Shown: positions 38,485-47,981 of the stretch, in pieces | Layout of the letters: each line of letters starts with the position of its first letter | Numbering within the stretch: the stretch's first letter is position 1 | Assembly: GCA_041482275.1 (NCBI GenBank) | Contig: JBGPDL010000006.1 | Span: forward strand, 1 to 62,314 | Direction: 5' to 3' | Origin: Gemmatimonadota bacterium | GTDB lineage: Bacteria > Gemmatimonadota > Gemmatimonadetes > Gemmatimonadales > GWC2-71-9 | Length of the DNA stretch: 62,314 bases | Notes under the pieces: generated by a model | What the model was told of the DNA's origin: nothing | The model's input: the letters and a program-made list of their open reading frames with translations, nothing else | Databases searched by the model: none | Position numbers and translations under genes: made by a program

Positions 38485-39651
38485 CTACCGCGACTCTGCC
38501 GCCCGGGATCCCGTGAGGGCCGGACCCTTAGGAACAACCAGCTCCGGATTCCCGGGATCGGTCTGCACGCTCCAATCGAAGATCACGTACTGGCGGCTGA
38601 CCGCGGTGACGCGGAGCGCCGCATAATGGTATTGCCCGCCTTCCAGGCGCTGGAAAACGTAACCGTAGCCCGGCACCGCCTGGATCATGTTGGGTGCATA
38701 GCCCGTCGCCGGCGCGAAGTCGATGGCGGTCAAGTCGGCCACCGGCGAGTTCTGGTACAGCCGCATGGAGTCCCCTGCGAACTCCGGCACGAGCCACAGC
38801 GAAGAGTCGCTCGGTTGGACCAACACCGAGAAGTCGATGTCGGTGCGGTTCCCGTCTTGCACGAGACCCAGCTCGCCCGCGTCTCCGTACCCGTTGGCGT
38901 CTCCGTCGAGCCAGAACCGGAAGCCCGATTGCGGCGTGTTCACGCCGAACGCCCACACCAGGACATTCCGCGCGTCGGGCCGCGGCGTGTCCTGCCACAG
39001 CGGCGACCACAGGCTCTCGTAGCCCTCCAGACTGATCGCCGAAACCCCGAAGCAGCGCGGTACGCCGTTTTGCAGCTGCGCCGCCAGGAACTCGTGCGAT
39101 ACCGTGGTGCCCTCAAGCGCCCAGTCCGCGCCGCACAGCCCCCGGTCGAGGTCGTAGCTCGTGCTGTAGACACGGTACCACTTGAACCGCTGGGGATCGG
39201 TCAGGAAGGCATTGTCGGCCCAGTCCAGATGGATCGCGCTGTCGAGCGAGATCGAGCCGATGCTCGCCGGCGCCTCGAGTTGGAGACGCTCGTCCACCGT
39301 GATGGTATTGGATGCGTCGCTCTCGCCGCCGCCCAAGTCGACCGCCGTCACGAAGTACTGCAGGTGCGGCACGCCGTTGTCGTGGAACGTGTTGGACGTC
39401 GTCTCGCCGCGCAGCAGGAACTGCCCTCCGGTGCTGCCGCGCGAGTAGATGCGGTAGCTCTGCAGATCCGGGCTCTGCACGTCGTCCCAGGCGAGCAGGA
39501 TCCCGGCCGGGCTGTTGGGAGCGCCGCTCGGGTCGAGCTCGTAGGCGAGATTCTGGGGCGCGGGGAGGGCGGAGAATGAGACGGTGTCGTTGCGGCACGC
39601 AGCGGCCGCGAGACTGGCGACGACCAGGAGCGAGCGGGGCGAAAACGGCAT
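38485..39651 (-). CDS. Hypothetical lipoprotein with two fibronectin-III-like repeats
   Basis: Start moved to ATG 39651 (GAGG SD); lipobox AAAC; two AP...L.W......Y R.YS units. Confidence 0.8.
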   Translation of the reverse strand: MPFSPRSLLVVASLAAAACRNDTVSFSALPAPQNLAYELDPSGAPNSPAGILLAWDDVQSPDLQSYRIYSRGSTGGQFLLRGETTSNTFHDNGVPHLQYFVTAVDLGGGESDASNTITVDERLQLEAPASIGSISLDSAIHLDWADNAFLTDPQRFKWYRVYSTSYDLDRGLCGADWALEGTTVSHEFLAAQLQNGVPRCFGVSAISLEGYESLWSPLWQDTPRPDARNVLVWAFGVNTPQSGFRFWLDGDANGYGDAGELGLVQDGNRTDIDFSVLVQPSDSSLWLVPEFAGDSMRLYQNSPVADLTAIDFAPATGYAPNMIQAVPGYGYVFQRLEGGQYHYAALRVTAVSRQYVIFDWSVQTDPGNPELVVPKGPALTGSRAAESR

Positions 39652-39685
39652 GGGTGCCTCAGGGCTGCGGGTCGGTGGCGGAGAA

Positions 39686-39701
39686 AGCATGCCCCGTGCC
39701 G
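39686..39701 (-). promoter_or_regulatory. Sigma-54 -24/-12 promoter
   Basis: CGGCACGGGGCATGCT (GG-N10-GC), about 35 nt upstream of the lipoprotein ATG. Confidence 0.6.
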
Positions 39702-39773
39702 TAGCGTAACCGGCGCACGGCGAGGCACTTGCGATGCCGCGCGCCATCCGCGGTGTCATCCTGGGGGGACGGT

Positions 39774-42700
39774 TTAGCGCGCTAGCGACTGCTGCTCGTA
39801 GTTGAACTTGATATCCGGCTGGTCGAGCAGCGAGATGTAGAAACTGAAGGCGAAGTTACCGGTCGCGGTCTTCACAAACGAAAAGCTCGCGCGCCAGCGA
39901 TGCAGGTCGCGCTCCAGGCTGATCGTGTGGTCGCCGAACTGGCGCGTATTGAAGTCGTAATGGGAGTTCCACACGGCCGACCAGCGCGCCGTAGGCTGGA
40001 ACGAGAGACCGAGCCCCATCTCCCGGCGCCCGGCCAGGTTGCTGATGCCCGTGGAGTCGGCGTGCGGGCGGCTGCGCGAGCTGCTGTAGGTCACCGACAG
40101 GTTGAATCCGCGGCCTCCTCCCCCGATCGACAGCCCGCCCGGACCGACGAACTCCTTCCGACCGAACGGGCTGGGGGAGCCTGGCTGACCCTCGGTGCTC
40201 GCCGGGGGAGGTGTCGGCGGGGGCTTCCCCAGGCCAAACAGGCGGGCAATCCCGCGAATCGTCGCTGGCGTGACCGCGAACTGGGCGGACACGTTCGTCA
40301 AGAAGGGATCGAACTTCGCCGAGTCGGTGCCGACCTGACCGTTCCACAGGTCGTGCGTCAGGCTGAGCGAGAACCCAGGCAGCACGTCCGACGCGAGCGT
40401 GTTGTTCATCGTGGCCGTGGTCCAGCCCGTGCGGCCGCGCTGTCTCGCCTGCTCGAAGTTGTACGATAGCGCACTCGTGTTGATGGTGAGCAACTTGATC
40501 TTGCGCACGGCGCGCTCGGTGGTGTCCCCCGGCGGCGGCTTGAGCTTTGCTTCGAAGTTTTGCGACAGGCCCAAGCTGATGGTCTGCTGCGGGTCGCTCC
40601 CGGAGTTCAGGAGCCGGTGTGTCGGGTCGATGGCGTCCCGGAACGCGCTCGAGACCGCGGCGCCGGGAGCATACGCGTAACTCACGATCGGTGAGAACGA
40701 GTGACGGATGCGCGCGATCGGCCCGATGCCGGGGAAGAAACCGAAGAACGTGGGAGTGAGGCTGGCGTTGAATTGCAGCCGCTTGCCCTGTCGCAGGAAC
40801 TGACCGTTGGTGAACTGGTTGCGGATCATGAACGGGCCCGCCGACGTCTGATTCACGATCGCGATGCCGGGCTGGAGCTTCCACGTGCCGGTAAAGAGCG
40901 ATGGCAAGTTGATGCCGGTTTGCCATTCGACGGTCGTGCTGAACGTCTGGTCGAACAGCACGCGGCGGCGGCCGCCCGCGGCCGTCGAGTCCGGGATGTC
41001 GAACGCCTGCCGCGCGTTGCTGATGGCATCGTTCACCACGAAACTGTTGGCCCAATTCCACGGCCCGATGCGGAGCGGCGTCTGCAGGTTGAGCGTCGTC
41101 TGCCGGTTGTCGGCAAACAGCGCCAGCGTGTCGAGTCCCCCTCCCGCACCAGGGACGACGAGGGGCGTCGGGCCCTGGTGAAACGCCTGTGCGTTCTGGA
41201 ACGAGAATCCCGGCGACCAGGTGATGGACGGCGTGACGTTCACCGGCGACGGCGTCAGGCTGATGGAGGGAAGGACTTGCGAGATGAGGCCGTTCCCGAT
41301 TTCCTGACGCCTGTTGCCGCCAATCGTGAGCGTTCCCCAGTTGAACTGTCTGGTGAAGTTCACTTGCGACCCGAGGCTCGCAGTCGCGAGGAATGGGTTC
41401 ACGGTATTCCTCCGAATCACCGTGGAGTTGGTCGAGTAATCGATGTTCGCGTTGAACCGGGTGCGCGAGGAAAAGCTCTGCTGGTGCTGCCAGCCCAACC
41501 GCAGGGAGTTTGCCGCCAGGCCGAGCTGCACATAGCGCTCGACCGACAGGCCGCCCGACACAAATCGATCGAGCCACCGGTAGTTCACCTGCCCCCGGAG
41601 CGACACATAGCGCCCCGCGTACCAGTCCGCCGACGCGAGCAAGTCCACGTAGTCGTTCAGCACGATGTAGTACCCGAAGTTCGCCACGTGTCGCTGGTAC
41701 GTGCGGACCGGACGCACGATATCGTTCAGCCCCAAGCGCGGTACCAGGATGCCGCTGCGCCGTCCCCTGCGCACGTCCTGGAAGATGAACGGCAGCCACA
41801 TGATCGGGACATCGTGGACGTACAGGACCGCCGGACGCGCCACCATCACGTTCTTATTGAGCCACTTCATCTGACCTGTCGCAAAGTGGTAGTCGGGAAC
41901 GGGGCTGTCGTCGGAGGTGATCTCGCTGCTCGCACCGTACAAGCGCGTCGATCCCGAGTCGACCGCCAGGTCGCCGCGCACGTACCACCGCGCGGCGCCC
42001 TGCTGGAAGTCAGTCAGGGCATTGTGCACCGTGCCGCGCTTGATGCAGGTGTCGTACCGCATCCCCTCCCCGACCATCACGGTCGCCTGATCGAACAGGC
42101 GGGGGTCTCCGACGGCGTCAAGCCGGCAGCTGCGCTGGTGATAGCGAATCGAGTCCGATTCGAGCTTGGTCCCTTCGCGCTCGACGTACGCCTCGCCGCG
42201 GAGATGAATCGTCTCGGTATCGCCGCCCTGGACAATCAGCGTATCGGCCACGTACTGCGTGATCCGGTATCCCTGGAGCTTGAGCAGCGAATCGATCATC
42301 GCGTCGGGCGGCGGGAAGCTGCGGGTCGGGCCCGTGGGGAGTCCGAGCCGGCGGGCGAGGGCGGTGTCGAGGGCGCGGGCCTGGGCGGACTCGGCGGCGG
42401 TGCGCGGGGGCGTCGTATCGGGCCGGGCCGGCCGCCGGGTGGGCGGCGTTTGCGCGCCGAGCGAGCCGCCCGCGGCGAGGAGCAGCAGCGCGACGATCCC
42501 CGCCGCGCTCGCGGCCCCCGTTTGTGCCCGTCGCGCCCGTCGTTTCTCCACCACCCAGGCGCACCAGATGCCGACCTCGTACAACCCCCACAGCGGTACC
42601 ATCATCAGCAGCATCGACACGGCGTCGGGCGGCGCGAGCAGCGCCGCCGCCACGGCGGAGATCACGAGGGCATAGCGCCGGTTGCGCGCCAGGAACTGAG

Positions 42701-43271
42701 GCGTGACCAGGCCAAGGGACGCGAGGATCACGACGACGAGCGGCAGCTCGGTCACGACCCCGAAGGCGAGGATCAGCTGGGCGGCGAACGCAAAATACTT
42801 GTCCGCCGTGATGAGGGGGTCGAACACGCCCCGCTGAAAGCTCAGCAGAACGGCCAGCGCCCGCGGCAGCACCCAGAAATACGCCGCGGCGGCGCCGGCC
42901 AGAAACAACAGGGCTCCAGCGGAGAGCGTCGGCACGATGAGTCGGCGCTCCCGCGCATACAGCGCCGGCACGAGAAACGCCCAGGCCTGGTAGCCCACGA
43001 CCGGCGAAGCGAGAAGCAGTCCCAGGACGAAGGCGAACTTGAGCGTGATGAAGAAGGGCTCGGTGGGGCTCGTCACGCGGAGCTTGCCGCCCGGGATGAG
43101 CGGCGCGATCGGCCGGATGAGGAGGCCGATGACATCCACGCGCTCCACGATCACCCACCCCACCAGGGTGCCGACCACGAGGGCGAGCAGGCTGTAGAGG
43201 ATGCGCCAGCGCAGCTCCTCGACGTGATCGAGGAACGGCATCTCGGCTCGGTTGTCCGCGGTCTCAGGCAC
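39774..43271 (-). CDS. tatC: TatC fused in frame to a putative LPS-assembly protein LptD
   Basis: Residues 1-~240 are TatC (MPFLDHVEELRWR, SPTEPF, WAFLVPALY..ER, PPD..S, LYE); after residue ~274 an LptD-like region (PDYHF, ARPAVLY, LPF, GILVP, beta-strand-rich C-terminus ERDLHRW). No stop between them. Confidence 0.88.
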   Translation of the reverse strand: MPETADNRAEMPFLDHVEELRWRILYSLLALVVGTLVGWVIVERVDVIGLLIRPIAPLIPGGKLRVTSPTEPFFITLKFAFVLGLLLASPVVGYQAWAFLVPALYARERRLIVPTLSAGALLFLAGAAAAYFWVLPRALAVLLSFQRGVFDPLITADKYFAFAAQLILAFGVVTELPLVVVILASLGLVTPQFLARNRRYALVISAVAAALLAPPDAVSMLLMMVPLWGLYEVGIWCAWVVEKRRARRAQTGAASAAGIVALLLLAAGGSLGAQTPPTRRPARPDTTPPRTAAESAQARALDTALARRLGLPTGPTRSFPPPDAMIDSLLKLQGYRITQYVADTLIVQGGDTETIHLRGEAYVEREGTKLESDSIRYHQRSCRLDAVGDPRLFDQATVMVGEGMRYDTCIKRGTVHNALTDFQQGAARWYVRGDLAVDSGSTRLYGASSEITSDDSPVPDYHFATGQMKWLNKNVMVARPAVLYVHDVPIMWLPFIFQDVRRGRRSGILVPRLGLNDIVRPVRTYQRHVANFGYYIVLNDYVDLLASADWYAGRYVSLRGQVNYRWLDRFVSGGLSVERYVQLGLAANSLRLGWQHQQSFSSRTRFNANIDYSTNSTVIRRNTVNPFLATASLGSQVNFTRQFNWGTLTIGGNRRQEIGNGLISQVLPSISLTPSPVNVTPSITWSPGFSFQNAQAFHQGPTPLVVPGAGGGLDTLALFADNRQTTLNLQTPLRIGPWNWANSFVVNDAISNARQAFDIPDSTAAGGRRRVLFDQTFSTTVEWQTGINLPSLFTGTWKLQPGIAIVNQTSAGPFMIRNQFTNGQFLRQGKRLQFNASLTPTFFGFFPGIGPIARIRHSFSPIVSYAYAPGAAVSSAFRDAIDPTHRLLNSGSDPQQTISLGLSQNFEAKLKPPPGDTTERAVRKIKLLTINTSALSYNFEQARQRGRTGWTTATMNNTLASDVLPGFSLSLTHDLWNGQVGTDSAKFDPFLTNVSAQFAVTPATIRGIARLFGLGKPPPTPPPASTEGQPGSPSPFGRKEFVGPGGLSIGGGGRGFNLSVTYSSSRSRPHADSTGISNLAGRREMGLGLSFQPTARWSAVWNSHYDFNTRQFGDHTISLERDLHRWRASFSFVKTATGNFAFSFYISLLDQPDIKFNYEQQSLAR

Positions 43272-43308
43272 GACGGCCCCCCCGCCCCCGGCCCCCGGTG
43301 TGGAGGGG

Positions 43309-44097
43309 CTACCGCCCCAGGCGTTGGAGCTTGTCGCGCGCCAGGTTGGCCTCTTCGGAGCGGGCGTACCCGGCGATGACCCTGGCGTAGTACGTCCGGG
43401 CCGCCGCCTTGTCGCCCCGCTGCTCGGCCAGCAACCCGAGCTTGTACAGCGCCGCAGGGGCCCGCGGAGAGTTGGGGTACGTCTTCACGAGCTGTTGGTA
43501 CACTGCGGCCGCCGAATCCGCGCTTTCGCCGGCGAACGTCTCGCCGATATGAAACAGCGCGTCGGGGGCGCGCTCGTCGGTGGGGAACACCCGCAGAAAC
43601 TCCCGGAACCCCACCCGGGCGGTAGCGAGGCTGCCGCGGCGGAACTGCTGGAGCGACAAATCCCACATCTGGTCCGGACCGGGACCAGCCGGGTTCCCCG
43701 AGGGTCCGACCGGGGCGCCGGGCGCGGCGCGCGACGTGTCGAGCACCGGGAGGGGCTGGCGCGCCTGTGCTTCCAGGCGGCCGCGGAGCTCGGTGAGCCG
43801 CTGTTGGCTCTGGCCGGTGAGCTCCTGCACTGCCACGAGCTGCTGCTGCACGGCCAGTAAATCGGTCTTCATGTCGCCGCGCAGCTGCACCAGGTACGCC
43901 TGCTGGGCGACGATCTTGTCCTGCACCGTAGCAAGCAGCGCGCGGACTGTGTCGATGGCGGCGGCGCGTTGACTATCGGCGCGGTCGCGCTCGACGCGGA
44001 GCGCCTCGACCTGAAGCTCCACCCGCCGGACATCGCCTTTCAGCGCGCATCCGGCGGTGAGCCCCAGGGCGAGCAACAACGGCACCGATCGCGTCAC
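43309..44097 (-). CDS. cpoB: Tol-Pal system protein YbgF/CpoB
   Basis: Lipobox TAGC, coiled coil and C-terminal TPRs; follows pal. Confidence 0.85.
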   Translation of the reverse strand: MTRSVPLLLALGLTAGCALKGDVRRVELQVEALRVERDRADSQRAAAIDTVRALLATVQDKIVAQQAYLVQLRGDMKTDLLAVQQQLVAVQELTGQSQQRLTELRGRLEAQARQPLPVLDTSRAAPGAPVGPSGNPAGPGPDQMWDLSLQQFRRGSLATARVGFREFLRVFPTDERAPDALFHIGETFAGESADSAAAVYQQLVKTYPNSPRAPAALYKLGLLAEQRGDKAAARTYYARVIAGYARSEEANLARDKLQRLGR

Positions 44098-44108
44098 GAG
44101 CGAATACG

Positions 44109-44726
44109 TCAGGGTTGTTTCAGGTCGTCGCCGCCCGAGAGAATCTCAAACTCGTCGCGCCGATTCTGGGCCCAAGCGTTCTCGTCGTGCCCGGAGTCGA
44201 TGGGCCGTTCCTCGCCGTACGACGCGGTCTCGACACGACTCGGGTCGATGCCGTGACTGACGAGGTACTGCTTGGCCGCTGTGGCCCGTCGGTTGCCGAG
44301 CGCGAGGTTGTATTCGTCCGAGCCGCGCTCGTCGCAATGCCCGCTGATCCGGACACGCAGCGCCGCATTCGCCTGCAGGATCGCCACCTTCTGATCGAGG
44401 ACGGCGGCGTCCCCCGCCCGGATGATCGCCTTGTCGTAGTCGAAGTGGATCATGGTCGCGAGGATGGTCTTCACCGCCTCGGTCGTCCGTCCGAGCGCGG
44501 CGAGCGAGTCGGCGACCCGCTGGCGGCGCTCGGCCTCTGCGCGCGCGCGGCGGTCGGCTTCGGCCTGCTGCGCCGCAGCGATCGAATCCAGCCGCGCCCG
44601 CTCGGCCGCCGCGATGGAGTCCGCATTGGCGGTTTGCGGGGCCGGCGGCTCCGGCTTGGCGCCGCCGCAGGCAGCGACCGCCGCTACGGCGAAACAGCTC
44701 AGCAGGAGCAAGGGTAGGCGTTTCAT
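44109..44726 (-). CDS. pal: Peptidoglycan-associated lipoprotein
   Basis: Lipobox VAAC; FDYD, GHCDERGSDEYNLALG and NRR. Confidence 0.95.
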   Translation of the reverse strand: MKRLPLLLLSCFAVAAVAACGGAKPEPPAPQTANADSIAAAERARLDSIAAAQQAEADRRARAEAERRQRVADSLAALGRTTEAVKTILATMIHFDYDKAIIRAGDAAVLDQKVAILQANAALRVRISGHCDERGSDEYNLALGNRRATAAKQYLVSHGIDPSRVETASYGEERPIDSGHDENAWAQNRRDEFEILSGGDDLKQP

Positions 44727-44742
44727 CGGGTCCTCTCCGATT

Positions 44743-46128
44743 TCAAGGGGTAGACGAAGCGGTCTCCGGTAAACGGGGAGACCAAGCCGGCAGGCGCGCG
44801 CCGCTCTTTTGCAGCAGCGGACGGATGCGGCCGGTTTCCAAATCGATCATCCAGAGCTGCCGATACCCCGAACGATCCGACACAAAGGCCATATGGCGAC
44901 TGTCGGGTGCCCAGGTTGGATCTTCGTTCCGCCCGACCGAGGTGAGCTGCCGCACAGCGCGCGTCCGCACGTCGAGGACGAACACCTGCAAGGTGCCGCC
45001 CACGTCGCGGTGGAAGGCGACGGTCTGTCCGTCGGGCGACCACTCCGGCGCATTGGACGAACCGGTCGCACCGTAGTCGAACGGCGCGAACAACTGTGGG
45101 TCCGTCCCGTCCGCCGCCATCGTGTAGATTTGCGGCAGCCCGGATCGCGTCGACACGAAGGCGATCCGCTGTCCGTCGGGACTGTAGGTCGGTGACAAGT
45201 TGTCGTAAAAGCGCCCCACGGTCAAGCGCTGTAAGCAGCAGCCGTCCTTGACGTTCACGGTGTAGACGTCGGTGCCTTCCTCCGTCGCGCGACTGAATGC
45301 GAGGGTCTTGCCATCGGGGGAGAAGGACGGCGTGAAATCGAGCGCCTGGCCGGTGGTCGGCACCGGGGTGCGCCTCCCGGACGCCACGTCCTGGACGAAC
45401 AGCCGGCCGTGACCCTCCCAGAACTCCATGTACCCGAACCGACGCCCGTCGGGCGCCCATGCGGGCGAGAGCGCCGCGTGATCGCTCGATGACACCAGGC
45501 GTTGGTCCGCCCCGTCCTGATCGATGGCGTACACCTTGCCTTCCATCACGAACAACACGCGCGTCGCCGCCGTACCGCCCACGCCGAGCGACGCCTCGAG
45601 CACGCGGTCGGACAAGCGATGCACCGCCAGCCGGAACCCAGGGTCCGCGAGGGCAGGCAGGCGAGCGCGCAGCTCGCGCCGCACGCCGCCCGCGGCCACG
45701 TCGTGCACGGTGACAACCGTCGTGTCGCCCGGCCCTGCCGTGAGCGCCACCGCAAAGTCGGCCCCGAGGGCCTGGTACAGCGGATAGTTGAGCCCCGCCG
45801 CGGCGGCTGCACCGCCGGTCGCCGGGCGACCGGACGCCACCGTCGCAATGCGGATCGAATCCACTCCCGGAAGCGTGATCAGCTCGAACCGGTCGCTGTA
45901 GTCGAGGTCGCGCGCCACGATCGCGCGCACCGAGTCGAGTCCGGCGGCGCGCCCCGGCAGCACCACCATCCCGGGCCGTACCCCGGGGCGGTACACAATG
46001 CCAATGCGAACGCCGCGGTCGATGGCCAAGGTGTCTTGGGCGCTCAGACGGCCACGCAGACCGACCGTCAGGAACGCTGCGGAGACACCCACCGCCAGAC
46101 CGCCAGACCGCCAGACCACCGCCTTCAC
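44743..46128 (-). CDS. tolB: Tol-Pal beta-propeller protein TolB
   Basis: DLDYSDRF and PD40 repeats (P.WSPDG); GTG 46128. Confidence 0.9.
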   Translation of the reverse strand: MKAVVWRSGGLAVGVSAAFLTVGLRGRLSAQDTLAIDRGVRIGIVYRPGVRPGMVVLPGRAAGLDSVRAIVARDLDYSDRFELITLPGVDSIRIATVASGRPATGGAAAAAGLNYPLYQALGADFAVALTAGPGDTTVVTVHDVAAGGVRRELRARLPALADPGFRLAVHRLSDRVLEASLGVGGTAATRVLFVMEGKVYAIDQDGADQRLVSSSDHAALSPAWAPDGRRFGYMEFWEGHGRLFVQDVASGRRTPVPTTGQALDFTPSFSPDGKTLAFSRATEEGTDVYTVNVKDGCCLQRLTVGRFYDNLSPTYSPDGQRIAFVSTRSGLPQIYTMAADGTDPQLFAPFDYGATGSSNAPEWSPDGQTVAFHRDVGGTLQVFVLDVRTRAVRQLTSVGRNEDPTWAPDSRHMAFVSDRSGYRQLWMIDLETGRIRPLLQKSGARLPAWSPRLPETASSTP

Positions 46129-46811
46129 TGCCGCTTCCCGCTGAAGTAAAACCGGACGAACAGCACGTCCGAATTCCAGCCGGCCGGCAGCGCCCCGAAC
46201 ACCTTGAAGCGCCCAGCTTGCTCCACCGCTCCCTGGGCTTCGAGGTCGAAGGCAAAGTTGCCCGAACGCCTGACGAACTGGAGGTCGCTCACGGACCCGT
46301 CGCGATGCACGAAGAACGAAACCTCCGCCTCGAGGGGACTGCTTTGGAGCGGGCGTTGCCAGCGCCGCAACACTTGCGCCACGATGTTCTGCAAGTACTC
46401 GGGGAACGGAAACTCCACCCCTTCCGTGCTCACCGTCGCCACGTCCGAGCCGGTGGAGGGCGTTTCGCCGGGGAGCGGCGCCGCTTTGGGCGTCGTGCGC
46501 GGCGCCGCCTCGCGTTTCGTGTTGTCGGCTACAGGCGGCGGCGCCGCCTGGGACACGGTGCTCTTGGGCGACGGCGCCTTGGGGGCCGGCGCGGGCTTTT
46601 CCTCGGCCGGGCGATCCACTGCCTCGGGCGCTTTGCGCGCGTTCGGTGCCGGCTCGGGCGCCGCCACAAGGTGCACGCGATACGTCGGGGGCACGGGCTT
46701 GCGGGCGTCGGCGGCCCCAGCCACGAGGAACACCGCGGCGAGCGCGTGGACCGCGACCGTGCCCGCGAGGCCAACACGCATACTGTCGGGACCCCGCGGT
46801 CCGCGCCTCAC
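46125..46811 (-). CDS. TolA/TonB C-terminal domain protein
   Basis: TM helix with His, Pro-rich linker and SGNFAFD; position in the tol cluster. Confidence 0.85.
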   Translation of the reverse strand: MRRGPRGPDSMRVGLAGTVAVHALAAVFLVAGAADARKPVPPTYRVHLVAAPEPAPNARKAPEAVDRPAEEKPAPAPKAPSPKSTVSQAAPPPVADNTKREAAPRTTPKAAPLPGETPSTGSDVATVSTEGVEFPFPEYLQNIVAQVLRRWQRPLQSSPLEAEVSFFVHRDGSVSDLQFVRRSGNFAFDLEAQGAVEQAGRFKVFGALPAGWNSDVLFVRFYFSGKRQ

Positions 46812-47242
46812 CGCTCCACCGTTTCCGGCTCCGCCACCAGACCGACATCGCTCACCCCCGACGTGCGGATCACGGCCAGAACCTGAACCACGGCGGCGTA
46901 CGGTACCCGCCCATCGGCCCGGAGGTACACCCCAGTGGGGTGTTTGGTTCGCACAAAGGCTGGGAATGTTGCGCGGAAGTCCTCATAAGAGAGGGGCGCC
47001 TGGTCGATGAAGATGCGACCGTCCCGGTCGAGCGTGACCACCAGCCCCGACTTGGGCTCGAGCGGGCGCGCCGCCGCGCGCGGCAACCGGACGTCCACCC
47101 CGCCCTGCATGATCGGCGCCGTGATCATGAAAATGATCAACAGTACGAAGGCCACGTCCACGAGGGATGTGACGTTGATGTCGGCGTTCAACGGCAGCTC
47201 GCCGTGCCCGCGCAGCCCGCCGCCGCCCACGAGACCGGCCAC
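46808..47242 (-). CDS. tolR: ExbD/TolR family protein
   Basis: INVTSLVDVAFVLLIIFMITAP and LRAD; GTG 47242. Confidence 0.9.
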   Translation of the reverse strand: MAGLVGGGGLRGHGELPLNADINVTSLVDVAFVLLIIFMITAPIMQGGVDVRLPRAAARPLEPKSGLVVTLDRDGRIFIDQAPLSYEDFRATFPAFVRTKHPTGVYLRADGRVPYAAVVQVLAVIRTSGVSDVGLVAEPETVER

Positions 47243-47964
47243 TAGAGCCTCCCTTCGCGGGCCAGCGTCGCGATGATCTCCTGGGCGAACCCTTCCAGCT
47301 CGCCGGCGAACAGGCCGAGCCGATTCACAAACAAGTTGTAGGCCATGACCGACGGCACGGCGACCGCCAGGCCCGCCACCGTAGTGACGAGGGCCTCCGC
47401 GACGCCCGGAGCGACGGCTCCGATGTTGCCGGAGCCTCCGACGGCGATGCCGATGAACGCGTCCATGACGCCGAGTACCGTGCCAAGCAGACCGAGCAAC
47501 GGGCTCACCGAGCCGAACGTGGCCAGCCACGGGATGAACCGGGCCGCGGCATCCCGCTCCGCCGCGACCTCCTTCGCGAGCACCATCCGCAACGCCTCGA
47601 GCTGCGTCGTGGTCAGAGCGCTCTGGGTGGCGACGGTGGGGCCGTTGTCCTTCAAGCCGCCCGGCTTCAATTCCGAGAAGAAGAGAATGCCCTCACGCAG
47701 CAGGCGGTTGTACGGCGAGGAAGGCAGCCGCATCGCCGCATGATACGCGTCATCGAGCCGCGGCGCCCGCTCGATCTCCGCCATGAACCGGTCGGCCTGC
47801 CGCCGCATGCGGCGGAACTGCCACCACTTGAGAAAGATGAGATACCAGGAGACGAGCGAGAACACGACGAGGATCGCGAGCACGAACTTGGTCTCGCGGC
47901 TCGACGTGAGCACGAGCTCCCAGGGCGTTGTGGGAACCGCCCGTCCCACCTGTAGCAGCGGCAC
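47242..47964 (-). CDS. tolQ: MotA/TolQ/ExbB proton channel protein
   Basis: SPLLGLLGTVLG and VAPGVAEALVTT; GAGGAGG SD before GTG 47964. Confidence 0.9.
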   Translation of the reverse strand: MPLLQVGRAVPTTPWELVLTSSRETKFVLAILVVFSLVSWYLIFLKWWQFRRMRRQADRFMAEIERAPRLDDAYHAAMRLPSSPYNRLLREGILFFSELKPGGLKDNGPTVATQSALTTTQLEALRMVLAKEVAAERDAAARFIPWLATFGSVSPLLGLLGTVLGVMDAFIGIAVGGSGNIGAVAPGVAEALVTTVAGLAVAVPSVMAYNLFVNRLGLFAGELEGFAQEIIATLAREGRL

Positions 47965-47981
47965 GCTATCGGCCCTCCTCG

